This document shows positions 13,437 to 27,412 of a DNA stretch of 64,000 nt, in pieces. Origin of the DNA: Trichinella spiralis (lineage: Eukaryota); assembly GCF_000181795.1 (NCBI RefSeq), contig NW_003526941.1:4305218-4369217 (forward strand), written 5' to 3'. The notes below the pieces were generated by a model. It was not told the DNA's origin. It saw nothing but the letters and a program-made list of their open reading frames with translations, and did not search any database. Position 1 is the stretch's first letter. The number at the start of each line of letters is the position of its first letter. Both the position numbers and the translations under genes were made by a program.

Positions 13437-16400
13437 TCATATTTTTCTTATCGTTGATGGCGACGCTGTAACAGCTTTGCAAGAATTCAACTTGTCCACT
13501 TTCTTTTTAATTTCCGTAGTCTGCTTGTCAATCCACTGCAGCATGCCCAACTGCTTGTACATGATTTCCGCAATGTGCAACGTCTGCAAATGCAAATTCA
13601 ATCACCGATTATTTTCCACATTAATAATCATCATGAAAACAAAAGATCAACCTGATTCAAACCGATGTGCTGCTGACTCGCAGTTCTCACACGTTTCGAT
13701 ACTTGACTCATGTCTTGCTCCATTTGCTTCAACTGGGCATCCAATTGTGCATGTAAACGAAGCCTGAAAATGGAAAAATTTAAATAAATAATAAAAAAAA
13801 ACAAAAATCAAACTCGTCAGTTACATTTGTTCACGCTGATGATCCGCCTGATTGGTGGAAGATTTCAAATCGTCATCTTTGACAAAATCCTTTTCCAAAA
13901 CGCTTATAATTTGATCCAATTCATTCTGCTGTTGATTGATAAAATCCAAATCATATTCAATACTTTTCTGTTGGGTTTCGATCAATTTGAAATCTTCGCT
14001 CAACTTGGCAATCTGTGAATTGAATTTCAAGTTGAAAATGCAATAAAATATTTTAAACAACAACTGTTTTTTTTCGATTGATATCTATTCGAACAATTCC
14101 AACATTATTCACCCTATCACCGTTGTTCATCAAAAGCCGATCCCATGCGTTGACTCGAGTTGCCACGTCGAAAAATTGCTGCTTCTGCTCTTCCATATCA
14201 TAAGTCCACTTGTTGATCAAATCTTCCAGTGATTTATAATTCAATTCTTTTATAGCCTGACTGAAGATTAAAAAAAAACACAACAAAGCCCTCTCAAAAT
14301 TATGAATATGAAAATTCAACAAATAACTCCTCCTACACTTCTTTCGCAGGTGCAATTGTAGTGGTCAATGTTGCCGTGGTTGTAATTGTTTTATCAAGTG
14401 AAGTCGCGTCAGCTAATAAATTTTTTTTTCAATGTAAATGAAAATAACTGAAAAACACAAAACTCACTTGCTGATGCTGTTGTTGTTGTTGTTGTTTTAG
14501 CTAAAAAAATATAACAAGATATTCTGTTGTTGAGCACAAAAAAAGCAAATTCATGCTCGGATAGATTTACCAAAAATGTCGGTTGCAGTCAACGAAGAAG
14601 CGGTCGTCGCAGTGGTGACCGTAGATGAAGCAGAAGTAGCAGTCGGAAACAGCACTAAGCGAAAAGAAAAAATAGAAAGAAGATAGTAAAATCAACCGTA
14701 AATTGGGCATTTGCGCATCTCACCTGATGTCGGGGCAACGATAGTTGGAAGCAGTGCTGAAATGAATGCATTTTTTTTAAAAAAATTAAATCGAAACTTG
14801 GAAAAAGCTTGCTGTACAAAGTCAACATACTTGCTGATGTGCTGCTGCTGACAAATGCAGATGATGTCGTTGTAGTTGTCAATGCGGGTTCCGTCGTTGG
14901 AGCCGAAAAAGCTTTGGTAGTTGTGGCTGATAAAATAAATATATAGTTGTCACAAATTAAAAATTTTCATAAATAAATAAATAAATATTTTTTACTGAGA
15001 AACGAAAAAACCGGAGCCGACGTGACTGCAGCAGTAGAAGTAGTGACGACAGTTGCAGCAGCAGTGGTGGTGGTCGTGGTGCAGATTGCAGTAGTAGAAG
15101 ATGATGTAGTTGCTATAAAAATAAAACAACAATACAATGTTAATAATATAGAATGACAAAATTTTCCATTACAAGCAATGCTGGTAGCAAGTCCTGCGAA
15201 CAAATTTTGCGTTGCTGATAAAGATCCACTGCCACTGGTCGCTAAAAATGAAATTACTCGTCACATTATAATTATCACAGATAGTGGAATAAAAATTGAA
15301 TACTTCCAAAAAGGGATGACAGCTGAGGTGTAGTAGTAGCAGTAGTAGTGGAAATGGAAGAAAAAAGGTTTTCCGTGATCCCAGGCAAAGAAGCCGTAGT
15401 AGCAGCAACGGTCACTTTGGGCGTCAAGCCGAAAGACGGTTTCGGCAGTGAATTTGCCGCCGATGGAACCGGAGTAGAAGCGAACAAAGGTGGTGTATTT
15501 GTGATTGTCAGAGGTTTGCTTGCAGATGCCGGTGGAGCGAAGTTGAACAGCGAAGGAGTACTGGATGCCGGTGTAGAGAAACTTCCAAACGTCGGTGCTT
15601 TTCCAACGGCGGGTGTGCTATTTGCTAAAAATGGAATCAATTGAAAAACCATCGCCGAGCATTATTTATTCAAATAACATTAGCAGTATTAGAATATAAA
15701 TTGACAAACTTTTATTCATCATTCCAGAGAAAGCATTTGCGAACAAATTCACAGATCCAGCAGCATCAGCAGCAGCAGTAGTGGTAGTAGTGGTAGTAGC
15801 AGTAGTAGTAGTAGTAGCAGTAGCAGTTGTTGTTGTTGGTGCAGCAGTACTGGTAGCGACTGTTGTTTGTGTCGTTGCTGCAAAAGGAGAAGCATTTGGA
15901 ACACTGGCCGCGGCAGCAGTGGGTGCATTTCCAAAAAGCGAACCAACAGCAGCCGTGTTACTAGTGTTGGAAAACAAATTTGGTACAGACAACGCTGTCG
16001 TACCAAATATGCCTGTGCCGGGGGTGGTCGTAGCCGTAGTTGTTGGGAACAGGGAAGAAGCCGGCTTGGTTGAAAGCTGATTTTGCTGCCCTTGTTGAGC
16101 AATTCCAAAAAATGCCGAACCTGTTGACGATGCATTTCCGAAGATGTTACTGGACAATGTGGAAGCAGTTCCGAATATGTTGGTCGAAGTGGACGTGCCC
16201 GTCTGCGAACTCTGCGGAAAAAGAACCGGCGGTGCAGTGACACCACTGCTTGTAACAGCGGTGCTGCCGAACAGATTTGTCGAACCGAAAAGATTCGTCG
16301 CTGCCGTAGTGCTTGGGAATGCAGTGGATGTGGCCGGCTTTTGACCAAAAATTGATGATGCCTCAGATGACGACGAAGTGGTGTTCAATTCTTGAAACGT

Positions 16401-16460
16401 AATTCAAAAAAAAATAAAAATCAATTTCATCAATCACACACAGCTTATTTTGAAAATATG

Positions 16461-16495
<35 letters not shown>

Positions 16496-16948
16496 TTTTT
16501 TACTAAAAGTAAATGCTCCGACGGAAGGCAAGCTGCCCGCAGCAGCCGAAGAAGCAATCGGCTGACCAAACAAGACAGGAGGAGCTGCGCTGGTTGCAGA
16601 AGATGCACCAAAAGTTGAAAATGCCCCTAAATTATTTTTTGAAAAAAGCAATGTTTAATTTCAAAATTTTTTTCCCAACAATGGCATACTTTATATATTC
16701 TTCTCAATTTGAAATTATTAATGAAAATTAATTACCTGCAACTGACGAAGGCTGCGTTACAAATGCAGATAAATTGCCAAACAGTCCACTAGCTGGAGCG
16801 GTCTTGTTTGGCGCTGCTGCTGTTGCTGAAATACAACGATAATTATAATTGTGATTAATAAATAAAAAATTATCATACTCCCAAACAAGGGCGCTGCTGA
16901 AGTGGTTGCAGCAGCAGTAGTAGTAGTAGGTGGTTTAAAGGAAAACAT
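13437..16948 (-). CDS. NUP62: Nucleoporin Nup62/Nsp1, ~16 exons
   Basis: N-terminal FG and Thr/Ser/Ala-rich region (starts MFSFKPPTTTT). C-terminal Nsp1 coiled coil LNYKSLEDLINKWTYDMEEQKQQFFDVATRVNAWDRLLMNNGDR..., LDFINQQQNEL, last exon ...LQWIDKQT...KI*. Confidence 0.93.
16464..16492. repeat. (TA)n microsatellite in a Nup62 intron
   Basis: Seen directly. Confidence 0.95.
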
Positions 16949-17276
16949 TGTTACCGCTTTCTTCTTCGAAAGGAAAACTTCACAATATACAAAAAAGATG
17001 ATAACTTCAAAACAAATAATAATAATAATAATAATATTGAAAGAGAAAAAAGAAATTGCAGCGTCAATGCTACGCTTGTCAAAGTGAACATCCGTTCCTT
17101 TGGTATTAATCCAAGATATTAATCGAAACATCAGTTGCTTGTTTGTTTATTCGCTTTCTCAGATCAACAATCAACAAAGGCAACTAAGCGCAGAGAAAAA
17201 GCAAGATAAAAGCACTTTGATGATTATTTTTTCTTTCTTCTTCGTTTTCATTCAAACGCATGCAATTGCATTTCAT

Positions 17277-19707
17277 TCATAATTTTTCGGCTGTTTCCGT
17301 CTCGAGCTGTTTCAGCAATTTGTAAAGATCACCTGCTTCAACGACATCGCTAAATTCCAAACAGAATGTCTGCGCTTCTATCATAATTTCCTGAAATTAC
17401 AATTTTGTCAATAAATTTATTTTATTAAAAAAAATTCAATTAAAATTTTGTCAGTCTTGTAAATTAAAAACATACAAGTAATAACTGTTTTTTTTCTGAA
17501 AAAAAATCCCTTACTTCAACTGCGAGCAATTTTCTGTTGAGCAATGATACGGTGAACAACGAAATCAGCCGGACAAGATTCCCTTGAACAAAACGATCTT
17601 TGGCTTGGCTGCAGAAGGCAAAACACTGAAGAACAAATCTGAGCAAAAAACCACAAGGAAAGCTGGTACCCTAGAAATTTCAAAAAGCAATTATGCATAG
17701 AAATTTATTTTCAAAAATGTTTCATCGATTCGTCAAAAACTGTCTAAACACGCACAGTTATAAAAGAATAAATAGCCCAACTTTCATAAGAAAAGAATTC
17801 CAACATTTTACATTAAATATATTGAATTAAACTTGCTTGTTTTGAAACCAATTTGTTGACAACCTCCAAACTTTGCAAAGATATTTTCATACACAACAAC
17901 TTTGAAAAATACCTAAAAATAAATGAAAACATACATACCATACCATTTATAAGATTTATAAATATGAAAACTTACTCGTCTGCACGTTGAATGGAGTTCA
18001 ATTTAAGTAAAATTTCAACTGATATTTGCGGATTAAGTTCAACCAATGCTGAAAACTGCAAAACAATAACTGTTACATAACAACATAACATAACATTAAT
18101 AACAATAAATAGCAAATTAAACCTTGTCTAAATTCAAATCGATATTGTTTAAAAACAGCTCACAGTTGTCGCCACGAATAATTTCAATTAACTGAGCAGC
18201 ATTTTTTAAAGGCAGTGTGTTCTCGAGAGCTGCTTTGAAAATTACCATTGCCTGTTCCAGTTGTGCATCAAAAATACGTCCTGACACTTGTTCAGGTACA
18301 GATGTTTCCGGAGATATAGTCGGCATCGGCAACATCAGAGGAGTTAAGTAATATGCAGACGACGGGTCCATCCAAATCAACTGTTCATTGCACAACATTA
18401 AATTGAATTTATAATGCAAATATAGAAAAATCAAAATCAACGCTTACATCGTTTGGAGAATAATACAAACTTGGTCTTGGAATTTCAAAACGCCATCTTA
18501 ACGAATCCACATCAACAGGCAGTCTGTTGAGCAATATCTCATCACCGAAACAAACCAAACTCTGATAGGGTGCAACATATCTGTGAAAAATAAATAAAGA
18601 ATTGAATTTTCAATACAAAATTCGATATATGCTTCGTTACTGTTCATATTCGCCAACTCGAAAACTGTCACATCTGGCAGATGTTTGCAAAAAGTTCAAC
18701 ACATGTCTTTTTGTTTGAATTTCAAATTCTTCAACATTGACTTCCTTAAAAATACACATCAAATTACTACCATGCGGTGTATGTACACAGTTTGCTGTTC
18801 ACAACAAATTTCCAACATACAACGTCTTCGAGAGTATTCTGTGCAACCACATCACTCGGTTTCATTGTCATCACCGATGATACTCCACGTGTGATGAGAT
18901 TTTTCAAAAAAATATATTCCACATTTTGCAACAATTTGTACGAACGATTTTGCAACGTCACTGTTTCATTTTTCTAAAACGAAATTAAAAAAATAAACTG
19001 AAAATCATGTAGATACTGTAAATATGAAAAAACGTTTACCAAAAGAATGCAAAACAACGGTGAAAAAATATGCTTTGTCGGACATTCGTTGTTAAAAACT
19101 TTAAACAAAAGAAACAAACTAACAATACGTATTAACTCTGATGTAAAATTCGGAATTAGCAACAAATTTCCAAGAGAAGTGGCTACATCGAACCACTTCA
19201 CTTCAGCAAACGACTTTTCAAATTCACTGAATATCCATTCGAACGTTTCAGATGAATAGCTTGAAAGTATTCTAAAATTTAAGCATAAATCTTCAATAAT
19301 ATTTCAATCAGAAATTAGAAAATAATTTTACTTTTTTACATTTACATTGCCTTCAGTAATCAACAATGTACTTCTGTTTTACAAAGACAACTTCTTTACG
19401 AATGTTTAACATTATTATTATAATTGAAATATACTATGAACATGCATCAGAATTGATTGTATTATTTGAAAAATATTTAAACTTTAGAAAGACAATAATA
19501 TAATTTAATAAAAATTATACTTTATCCATTATCTATTAATTATTATGACGCAGCCAAATAATGGAACATCAGTATACAATAAACAAATCTACACAACAAA
19601 CGAAATAAATAATATAGTCAGTATTATTTTCTATATAAAAACAATACTAACCTCATTAATTCGTAAATGTCATCGTTAATCAAACCGCAATTTCTTGGCG
19701 ATGCCAT
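17277..19707 (-). CDS. CNOT11: CCR4-NOT subunit 11 (CNOT11/C2orf29) homolog, ~13 exons; start uncertain
   Basis: Spliced C-terminus YFSKLLCMKISLQSLEVVNKL...FLLRFVLQCFAFCSQAKDRFVQGNLVRLISLFTVSLLNRK...IEAQTFCLEFSDVVEAGDLYKLLK matches the CNOT11 C-terminal domain pattern (SLHSMEVVNRL..RLVRLVCVF..IEVQAFCIEFS..EA..LFRLLK). Confidence 0.85.
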
Positions 19708-20747
19708 GCAAATACTATTCTACGAGAAACATAAAGATAAAATTCATAAAACCATAAAACTACCGCTATAAAATGTACAGTAAACAATGCCCTACCTGTA
19801 CAACTTTTAAAAACAAATAAAATCAATCAATCCTTCCATTCTGATGGTTTCCCTATAAACAGTACATAGGAATGTATCAAATCAGTATTGATTTCAATCA
19901 CAACTATTAAATACTACAAACAAATTCCACCACACAGTGCTACAACATCATTATTAAAAAGCCTATGCGTCACGCGAAGATTGAATTTCAAAGAATACGC
20001 GCTCAAAATTACAAATATATTCATTTTCTTGTACAGAAGTTTCTGATTACTGTAAGAAAATTTCATTTTACTTCTTAATTAACAAAACTAAAACTTTAAA
20101 CTTAAAACTTTCTTCAAAACGTACACTCGCCCAATGAAAACACATTAAACAAATGACAGAAAATGAATACGTTCACAATTGTCAACTGAAATGTATAAAA
20201 CTTTCCAACCAAAAATTTACTATATATGCGACCAGAAGAAACCAATTAACAAATGAAAAGCATTTTGTATTGCCCTACAAAAACAATACCGTAATGGTAA
20301 TAAGAAAATATGCAAAATAGAAAGATATTTGATCACTTGATTTTTTACTTTAAAAAAATCTCACTGCAATTAAATAACTCAGGTTTCAATAGAGTTAACA
20401 GTATTCAACATTAATTCACATATTTTGCATACGGTAACTGCTACTTTTTACAGTATACAAAATTAAAGTAAATGCAAATAGAGATGGTAAAAACTGATAT
20501 AATGGATTAATTTGTGTTTATATAATTTACTCATAGCATCTTTTAAAGTAATAATTAGCAAATTTTTATAAAATCCAAGTACAATTATATTTATTACGGT
20601 AATCAAGGAAGAATAGATCTTACTTTATTTATTATTGTAACTAATTTGCTACGTAAACTTTTTACGAATTGTACACGTATTAAGGTTGATCTGTTTCCTG
20701 ATATTTCGCATATCATTTTCGAGTTAGTCAAATTTTTATTAATAATT

Positions 20748-21038
20748 ATGTTTAGTGCAATGAATTTTCTACCAAAGATAGAGACGCACGTGGATTTTGT
20801 GGGGCAGAGTTTGGCGGAGAAGATCTATTGGATAGTAATAACATTATCGGCTGCTGGTGGATTTATTTTCGGTTACGCATTTCAAATGTTCTCCATCACA
20901 GTTTTGAGCACATTATCAGGCTTCGCACTGTCCTGCTTGTTGATACTTCCACCTTGGCCTTATTTACGTCGTCATCCTATCAAATGGTTGAAACACCAAC
21001 CTGCTGGTGGTGGTAATTACAAGAAAAAGAAAAATTAA
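20748..21038 (+). CDS. SPCS1: Signal peptidase complex subunit 1 (SPC12); start 20748 or 20760
   Basis: HVDFVGQSLAE, two TM helices, LPPWPYLRRHPIKW, basic tail. Confidence 0.93.
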   Translation: MFSAMNFLPKIETHVDFVGQSLAEKIYWIVITLSAAGGFIFGYAFQMFSITVLSTLSGFALSCLLILPPWPYLRRHPIKWLKHQPAGGGNYKKKKN

Positions 21039-21154
21039 CATTTGAAACGCAGTTTCGAGCAAAATTGTCATTTTTTTTGTTAATTTTTATTAAATATGTG
21101 AACTTCGGAAAAATTGCTTCATAACTGTAAGCGAAGTGATGTGTGTAAAATGCA

Positions 21155-22073
21155 TTAATCTTTCTGTTCAACTTGTTTGGGTAATGCATCAACTGTGTGC
21201 CTGTCGGTAATTATGTGCGCCATCATATCCCACATATATCTGTTGTAAAGTATCGTTATTATCAAGGCTGTATCGATGCCAATGACAACACCAGTCATTC
21301 GGCGCATCCAGAAGCCGAATGCAGCCATAACGGTGCATGTTCTGTCGATGTACAGCTGCTTTTTATTGTACCGGAGGCGATAGCATCTATCAATTATTTC
21401 TTCTTGCGATTTGTTTTTACCATGTGCAATCTGCATCATCGGAGCCATGCACAAGCCTTCATAAACATGTTAGTTCAAATTGAATGAATACTGCTCACAG
21501 CAAGCACATCGATTTACGGTAAATTTAAATCAATCCAGCTTCAACATTTAGAAAACATTTTTTGAGAAAGTTTTCAAAAAATTAAAATTTTGCTTAACTT
21601 TGCCTTATATTTAAAATTTTAACAATTGAATTAGACAAAATTTTGCCAGCGTCAAACAAAATAAAATTATTACTATGAAAAAATACAACAAACCTTTAGC
21701 AATTTTAAAAGTTATAAAATAAGCGCAATACCGAAATTTTGGATTTTTTTCTCTAAAAATGCCGTTGACGTTAAATTAAATTTGCAAATATTATAGTGGA
21801 ATTGAAAAAAAACAAGTAAAAAAATACCGCATTATTACCTAGGAGCATTCCAGAAAGGCCGAATTTTGTTGGCGCCTTTTTGATTTTGACTTTTCGAACA
21901 AAATTCACTGACGGTGCTACGATCACACTTCCAACAAATGTACCCAACTCGGCCATTTTGTAACCAATGTGTATGCCAAGTTCGATTCTTGGATACGGTA
22001 TATCCGACATTCGAGATTCAGGAAAATTAGTGAATGGAAACTGAGTAAAATTTAGAAGCCAACTCGTTCCCAT
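21155..22073 (-). CDS. Conserved small membrane protein of unknown function (resembles DUF1757); exons 22073-21839, 21456-21155
   Basis: Phase-1 GT-AG intron joins ...GMLL-G-LCMAPM...; motifs DIPYPRIELGIH and DRCYRLRYNKKQLYIDR. The family name is from memory and needs an HMM check. Confidence 0.7.
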
Positions 22074-22209
22074 TTGTTGCCTGCAAACTCTTTCACAAAA
22101 TGAACATAAAAATATTCACCATAATTCATGTAAAAAATATGTGCAACAACAAATGAATGTACAGCTGTTGAAAATAAATGAAATTTATTAAGAACTTTTT
22201 ATTGGTTAA

Positions 22210-25200
22210 TTAGCTCGAAGTGGTCTGCTTTGGTTGAAGTTGGGCTCGCTTTTTGCAAAATCGCTTCTTAGCACCACGTTCTCGTCTCAAACGACGTTGT
22301 TCCATTTGCATAATCATTTTACGATGCGCTTTCACTCTTTCATTCATTGCCAACTGATCTTTGCGTCTTTTTTCCTCTTGCAACGTTTTCAACATGCTCA
22401 TCAATTCCGCCGCCTTAATTAATAATAATATTAATGATTTCGACAAATTCTGTCATGTAATTTCTGTGGAAAAAATTAATTTGTCATTTATTGCTTACTT
22501 TGCTTTCACGAGGTTCCATGACGACGGCTACGTGTTTATAAATGATTCTATCCATTGATGAATTGTTTTCACTTTTAGCACGCTTTTCTTTCGGCTTAAA
22601 TGCATATGGAAGTTCTTGTTGCAACTGCTTCGGAATAACCAAACGAGTTTTCAAATGTGGATTTCGTTTTATAGGCTAAAAAATGAAAACAATAATCTCC
22701 ATTTCATTGCAATAATCCACAACAGCTCTTACTTTGTACAAGGAGTCGACATTCGTCGGCACATCAATGCCACGTTCGAATCTCAACTGACCAACAGTAC
22801 GCATACCAGTCCATTTGCGTTTTTCTTCGCCAGGCAGAAGCAGATTAGTGATTGGAGCGTAAAAATTTGGAATCTCAACTGGATACCAAGCTCTAGTGAA
22901 AACAATATCTAAAATCGAAACAAAAGAATAATTAATAAAAAAAAACATTTTTTTGAAAAAGAAAAACATTTCATCCCCATGCCTTTGAGCAGAATTTTAT
23001 CTTCGAATGTAGCTCTGAAAGAACCCGGCTGCTTGTTGATCGATTTTTTAATCTGACCACGCAAACCGCTGACCGTTCGCAAAATAGCCCCTTCGAATTT
23101 TGCCACTTCCAAAGCACTGTTAAACATACCCTGAATGGAAGTTGAAAATTAAATCAAAATACTACTCAGTCAAACTGTGAAATTTCACCTGAATAAACGC
23201 GGTCTTTTTGTACACTTTAAAAGGTGTTCCAACAAGTTTCAACTTTTTCACGATCAACAACGACTTATCCAAATTTAAAACAACTCCAGTGGCGGCAATG
23301 CGAAACTGTTTCTGAAATATCAAAAGACAAAATAAAACGCCATGTGTAAATTATACATTTAAATGGAATTTTCATCTTGTTGAACTTGCTAGACAATAAA
23401 TAAATAATACTTACAGTAACTTCGGCAACACTTTGCACAGCCACGAATCCCGTATTTTGCGGCGTAATCGGTCCTGGAAAACACAAACACAAAACATCTT
23501 ACTTTGAACTTTCATTTTTGAAAATATGATCCATATATTACCCCAAAAAGCAGCCATGCAATGCATATACTGAGGTGTATATTTCAGCATGCGATTGCGT
23601 CCGTTGTGGTCCTGTACAGTATATATTGCCATTGTTTGAAATCGCCTCCAGCCAAGAGATATGATCAACGGATCTCGAGTTTTCAGTATTCGATCATGCC
23701 AACGATGCTTTTTTATTCTAACCTTAGAATCAAAAAACAACAGTAAGAAAAGAGAAACTTATTGAACTACAAAAGATGTTTTCGTTTCACTGATGTTGTT
23801 GTTGTCGTTCAAAAATATCCGTTCGCACTTACTTGTACACATCCTATAGAAGTTTCAGCTGCTAATAAACCGCCGATGACATACGGATAGCTTGGATCGA
23901 AATTCTCGACAAGCTCGCATGGTATACTTTGAATTTGCATTCGCACATACATGCCAGGTCTGAAGCCTTCGTAAAGCACTCGTTCATCGTCATCCATGTT
24001 AGCGAATTCATTTCTGTTCAGCTCGCTCTGTTGGTTCACTTGTTCAGTCATAGCACGATGAAACTTTCTCGTTTCATCAAATTCAGCGTCAAACATATGC
24101 TTCAATTTCCTTTTCTTTTCCATTCGAATTTCTGCTTTCTGTTTTTCAACATCCTCATCCTTCTTTTCTGTAAATTTTCACCATTAATAAAATATGGAAA
24201 AAATACACAGAAAAAAAAATATCATAACTAAATTAACACAAACCTTGCATGCTGGTATTTTTCTCTTCTTTGGCGTCAACTTCATCCTCCTCTTCTTTAG
24301 CTTCTAAATCTTCGAAATCGTCGTACAAATTTTCTTCATCTGACACAAAAAGTGAAAATGAATTAGAAAACATTTTTGTACAACAATTTATCATTCGCAT
24401 ACCGTCATCGCTGACCATTTTCAAAAGCTGATTCGCGTCTTCTTCAGAACTCCATTTGCCAGTAACAAAGCAATCTTTTATTAAATGTAATTTCTGAAAT
24501 AAAAATTCATAAACTGTAAAATATACTTTCTAATGTGCATTGATTTGCATAAAAAACATTTATAACAGTGGTTTTGAAATTTATAAAGAGTGATTTAATT
24601 AATTGAAAAAAATTATATGCTAATTTTATTGTAAATTTACTTATAATATTAAATAGCGTACATCTGGAGTCCAGTTTTCGATCCGGTAGCTGCTGTCAGC
24701 ACTTCTGTTGGCAGGAGAATAAAAACTGCTTTCTTCTTGGTGTGCCACAGAGGTTTGGCAAAAATTGCTTCCCGTTTTTGGAACGTTAAATATACCACCA
24801 ATCGTTTCTTTATCCTCCTCTTCTTCTGCTTTTTCTTTGCCCATTAAATCAACTTCTAAATATTCGAAAGAAATTATACAACAAAATCAAAAAAAAAACA
24901 AGAAAATTTACCAAGAGGATAAACAAGACGAGACCAAATAATTCTGCCGCTGCTTTTCACGTTAAACATATTCTTTACCCGCGTTAACCATTCTTCATTT
25001 TCATTGCTCACTTTTGGAAAATTCTTCCAAATAAAAAATAGTCAATGATTTTGAACACATTTGCATATATCACAATTATTATTACTGTATCAGGGGATTC
25101 GTTGTGAACGTCAGAGTCGTCATCTTCCATTGATGTAGCTTCATCAGATTCGTCATCGTCAGTCTAGATTTCCATTTGCATTTAGTACGTCTATATTAAA

Positions 25201-27259
25201 ATGAACAAAAAGAAACCATACCGATGACCCTTCAGTGTCGTCGTCGTCGTCGTCATCAATTTGTCTAAATAAAAAAGAGATCATCATCAAATTCAACACT
25301 ACAACTACTAAAACACTGAAACTTTTAAAAACTGAATTCATTTTCGAAGCATCTATTACATTTTAAAATAAAACAATCAATAAAAAATTATAATAATTCA
25401 TACTCGTCTTCTGACACATCATCGCATGTAAGTGGTCTTGAATTACTGAAAATTGCAACCTCACTTTGGGCCATCTTCACGTCCACTGGTGTGTTGACAT
25501 TGACTATTTCGGTCATGTACTGCTGATTTTCCTAAATTTGTTGCATAAATTTTCCAAATAAATATCGAAAAGAAATAATCTTGCCTGATTTTTACGGTTA
25601 ACCGAATTGGGCACATCAATGTAAACAGCATCCTTATCATACAGTATACCACCAACGCCACAAAACGGAGCATAGATAAGTCTTTCGCGTTCGTTCAACG
25701 AACGGCGTTTTTGCTTTTCTGGAAGTGGGCAAGGATCGGGTAAATAAGATATATCTTTTACATTGAAGTCGCCACAACCTGAAACAATAAGACAAGAACA
25801 AATTTACACAGAATCAACCAAGAAAAAAAAATGAAAGATAAAATGTTCCAACATTACGATAGAGAAAAAAAATAACAATAAACGCTTTAATTTTGAATTA
25901 TAAATTTTACACTTTAGACAAATCTGCAATCAAAGAAAACACGTTCAACAGAAGATTTGCGTAATTTGTTGAAGAAATATATTTACCGAATATGTGAACG
26001 TTGGCATTTTGGGTAAATGGACAGCCACGAACATAACCATAAAAACAGACATCTCGATCGCACTTTTTATTCTGTTCCAATATATTTTCATTCGTTATAT
26101 CTTCAACTCTAATTAAAGATTAAATAATTATAAAACAAAAAAAACACAGTAACCGATAAAATCAACCACATATAGCATAAGCTGTTTTTTAGCAACTGAT
26201 AAAAATTCAACTCACCTATCAATTAACAAATATGGATGAGTTGATCTCCAAAGAGGAGGATGAAATTTCATGACAGAGATGAAGCGTGCTAAATTCTTTA
26301 TTTCAGTTTTTAAATATTTTTCGCCGATCAGTCCACTCAAGTAAAACAGTTTCGCGCCCTGGAAAATTATCATTATACAAAGTGATAAAGCGTGTCAATG
26401 AGGAACAGAAAAAAAAACCTGATAAATTTCTGTCCAAAAACGATGTTTCAATTTCTTCTTAGTTTGACGAAGCTGCTTGGCATTTTTGATGTAATCCAAG
26501 TGCGTCAGTACTCCCATTATACGTGGCATACCATGCACTTGACAAATGTGCAAAAATTCAAACGTCTCCATTTCAAACCCAAAACTGGCGTCGACCAATA
26601 ATAGAACCTAAAATCATCATTGTATTAATTGTTTGGATAAAGAAATTGATGCAAAAAATTTTCTTTTACCAAATCAGCTATTTTTGCCACGTCGATCATA
26701 CAATTTATATCATTGTTGCATTCTATCAAAGTAATGCGCCGTTTTTTACCTAAAAGATAAACGTTAAGAAGCATTAATTGGAGATAAACAACAACAAAAA
26801 AAAATACCTGCAACAACAGTAATGGGCCCTTTGATATCGTTTACTGTTTGCTTAGTGTAATTTTTAACCAAACATTGAATAAGCAAACTTTTCCCAACTT
26901 TTGGTGGCCCAACAACCGCGACTACAAAAGGTGGTGGTTCCAAGGGTGTTCTGTCGACAGTTGGTAAATGGGTCTTTTTCTCGACAATTTCTGCAGCTCT
27001 AAATTTAAATTAAGCATTACAAATGCATCCATTTTCAAGGTGTGCCCTTATTATTGTTATTGTGCACATTCGAGTTGCCAACTCTTGCTCACCGTCTAAT
27101 CGCTTTAGCAGCTCGGTTAGCAGATTGAAAAGTAAACGCTTTGGCATTTTTTCCTTTTGCATTTTCCTGGTCGGCATCCAACTTTTTCTTCTTCTTTTTC
27201 TCCGCTTTTCGGCCGCTATGTGGAGCTCTGTGAACTTTTTGCGTTATATCATCTGCCAT
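22210..27259 (-). CDS. BMS1: Ribosome biogenesis GTPase BMS1, ~21 exons
   Basis: P-loop [119 protein letters not shown]. Confidence 0.97.
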
Positions 27260-27412
27260 TTGACGAATGAAATTCTGTGAAACACTCGATATTTAATACG
27301 TAAAGTTTTGTTATTCAAAATAATTCAAAATTATATGAAATTGAAAAAAAATTGCTAGAAACAAACAACTATAAAAAAACAAAATTGATAAGGTGTATGG
27401 TAGTATAGTAAA

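Noticed and set aside
15700..15726. Possible non-canonical GA donor (TCTG|GAATGA) in Nup62
   Set aside because: A canonical phase-1 GT donor (AAAA|GTTTGT) lies 15 nt downstream; no need to invoke GA.
15348..16348. Val/Ala- or Leu/Gln-rich ORFs overlapping Nup62
   Set aside because: Alternate readings of ACT/GCT codon runs in the FG/Thr-rich exons.
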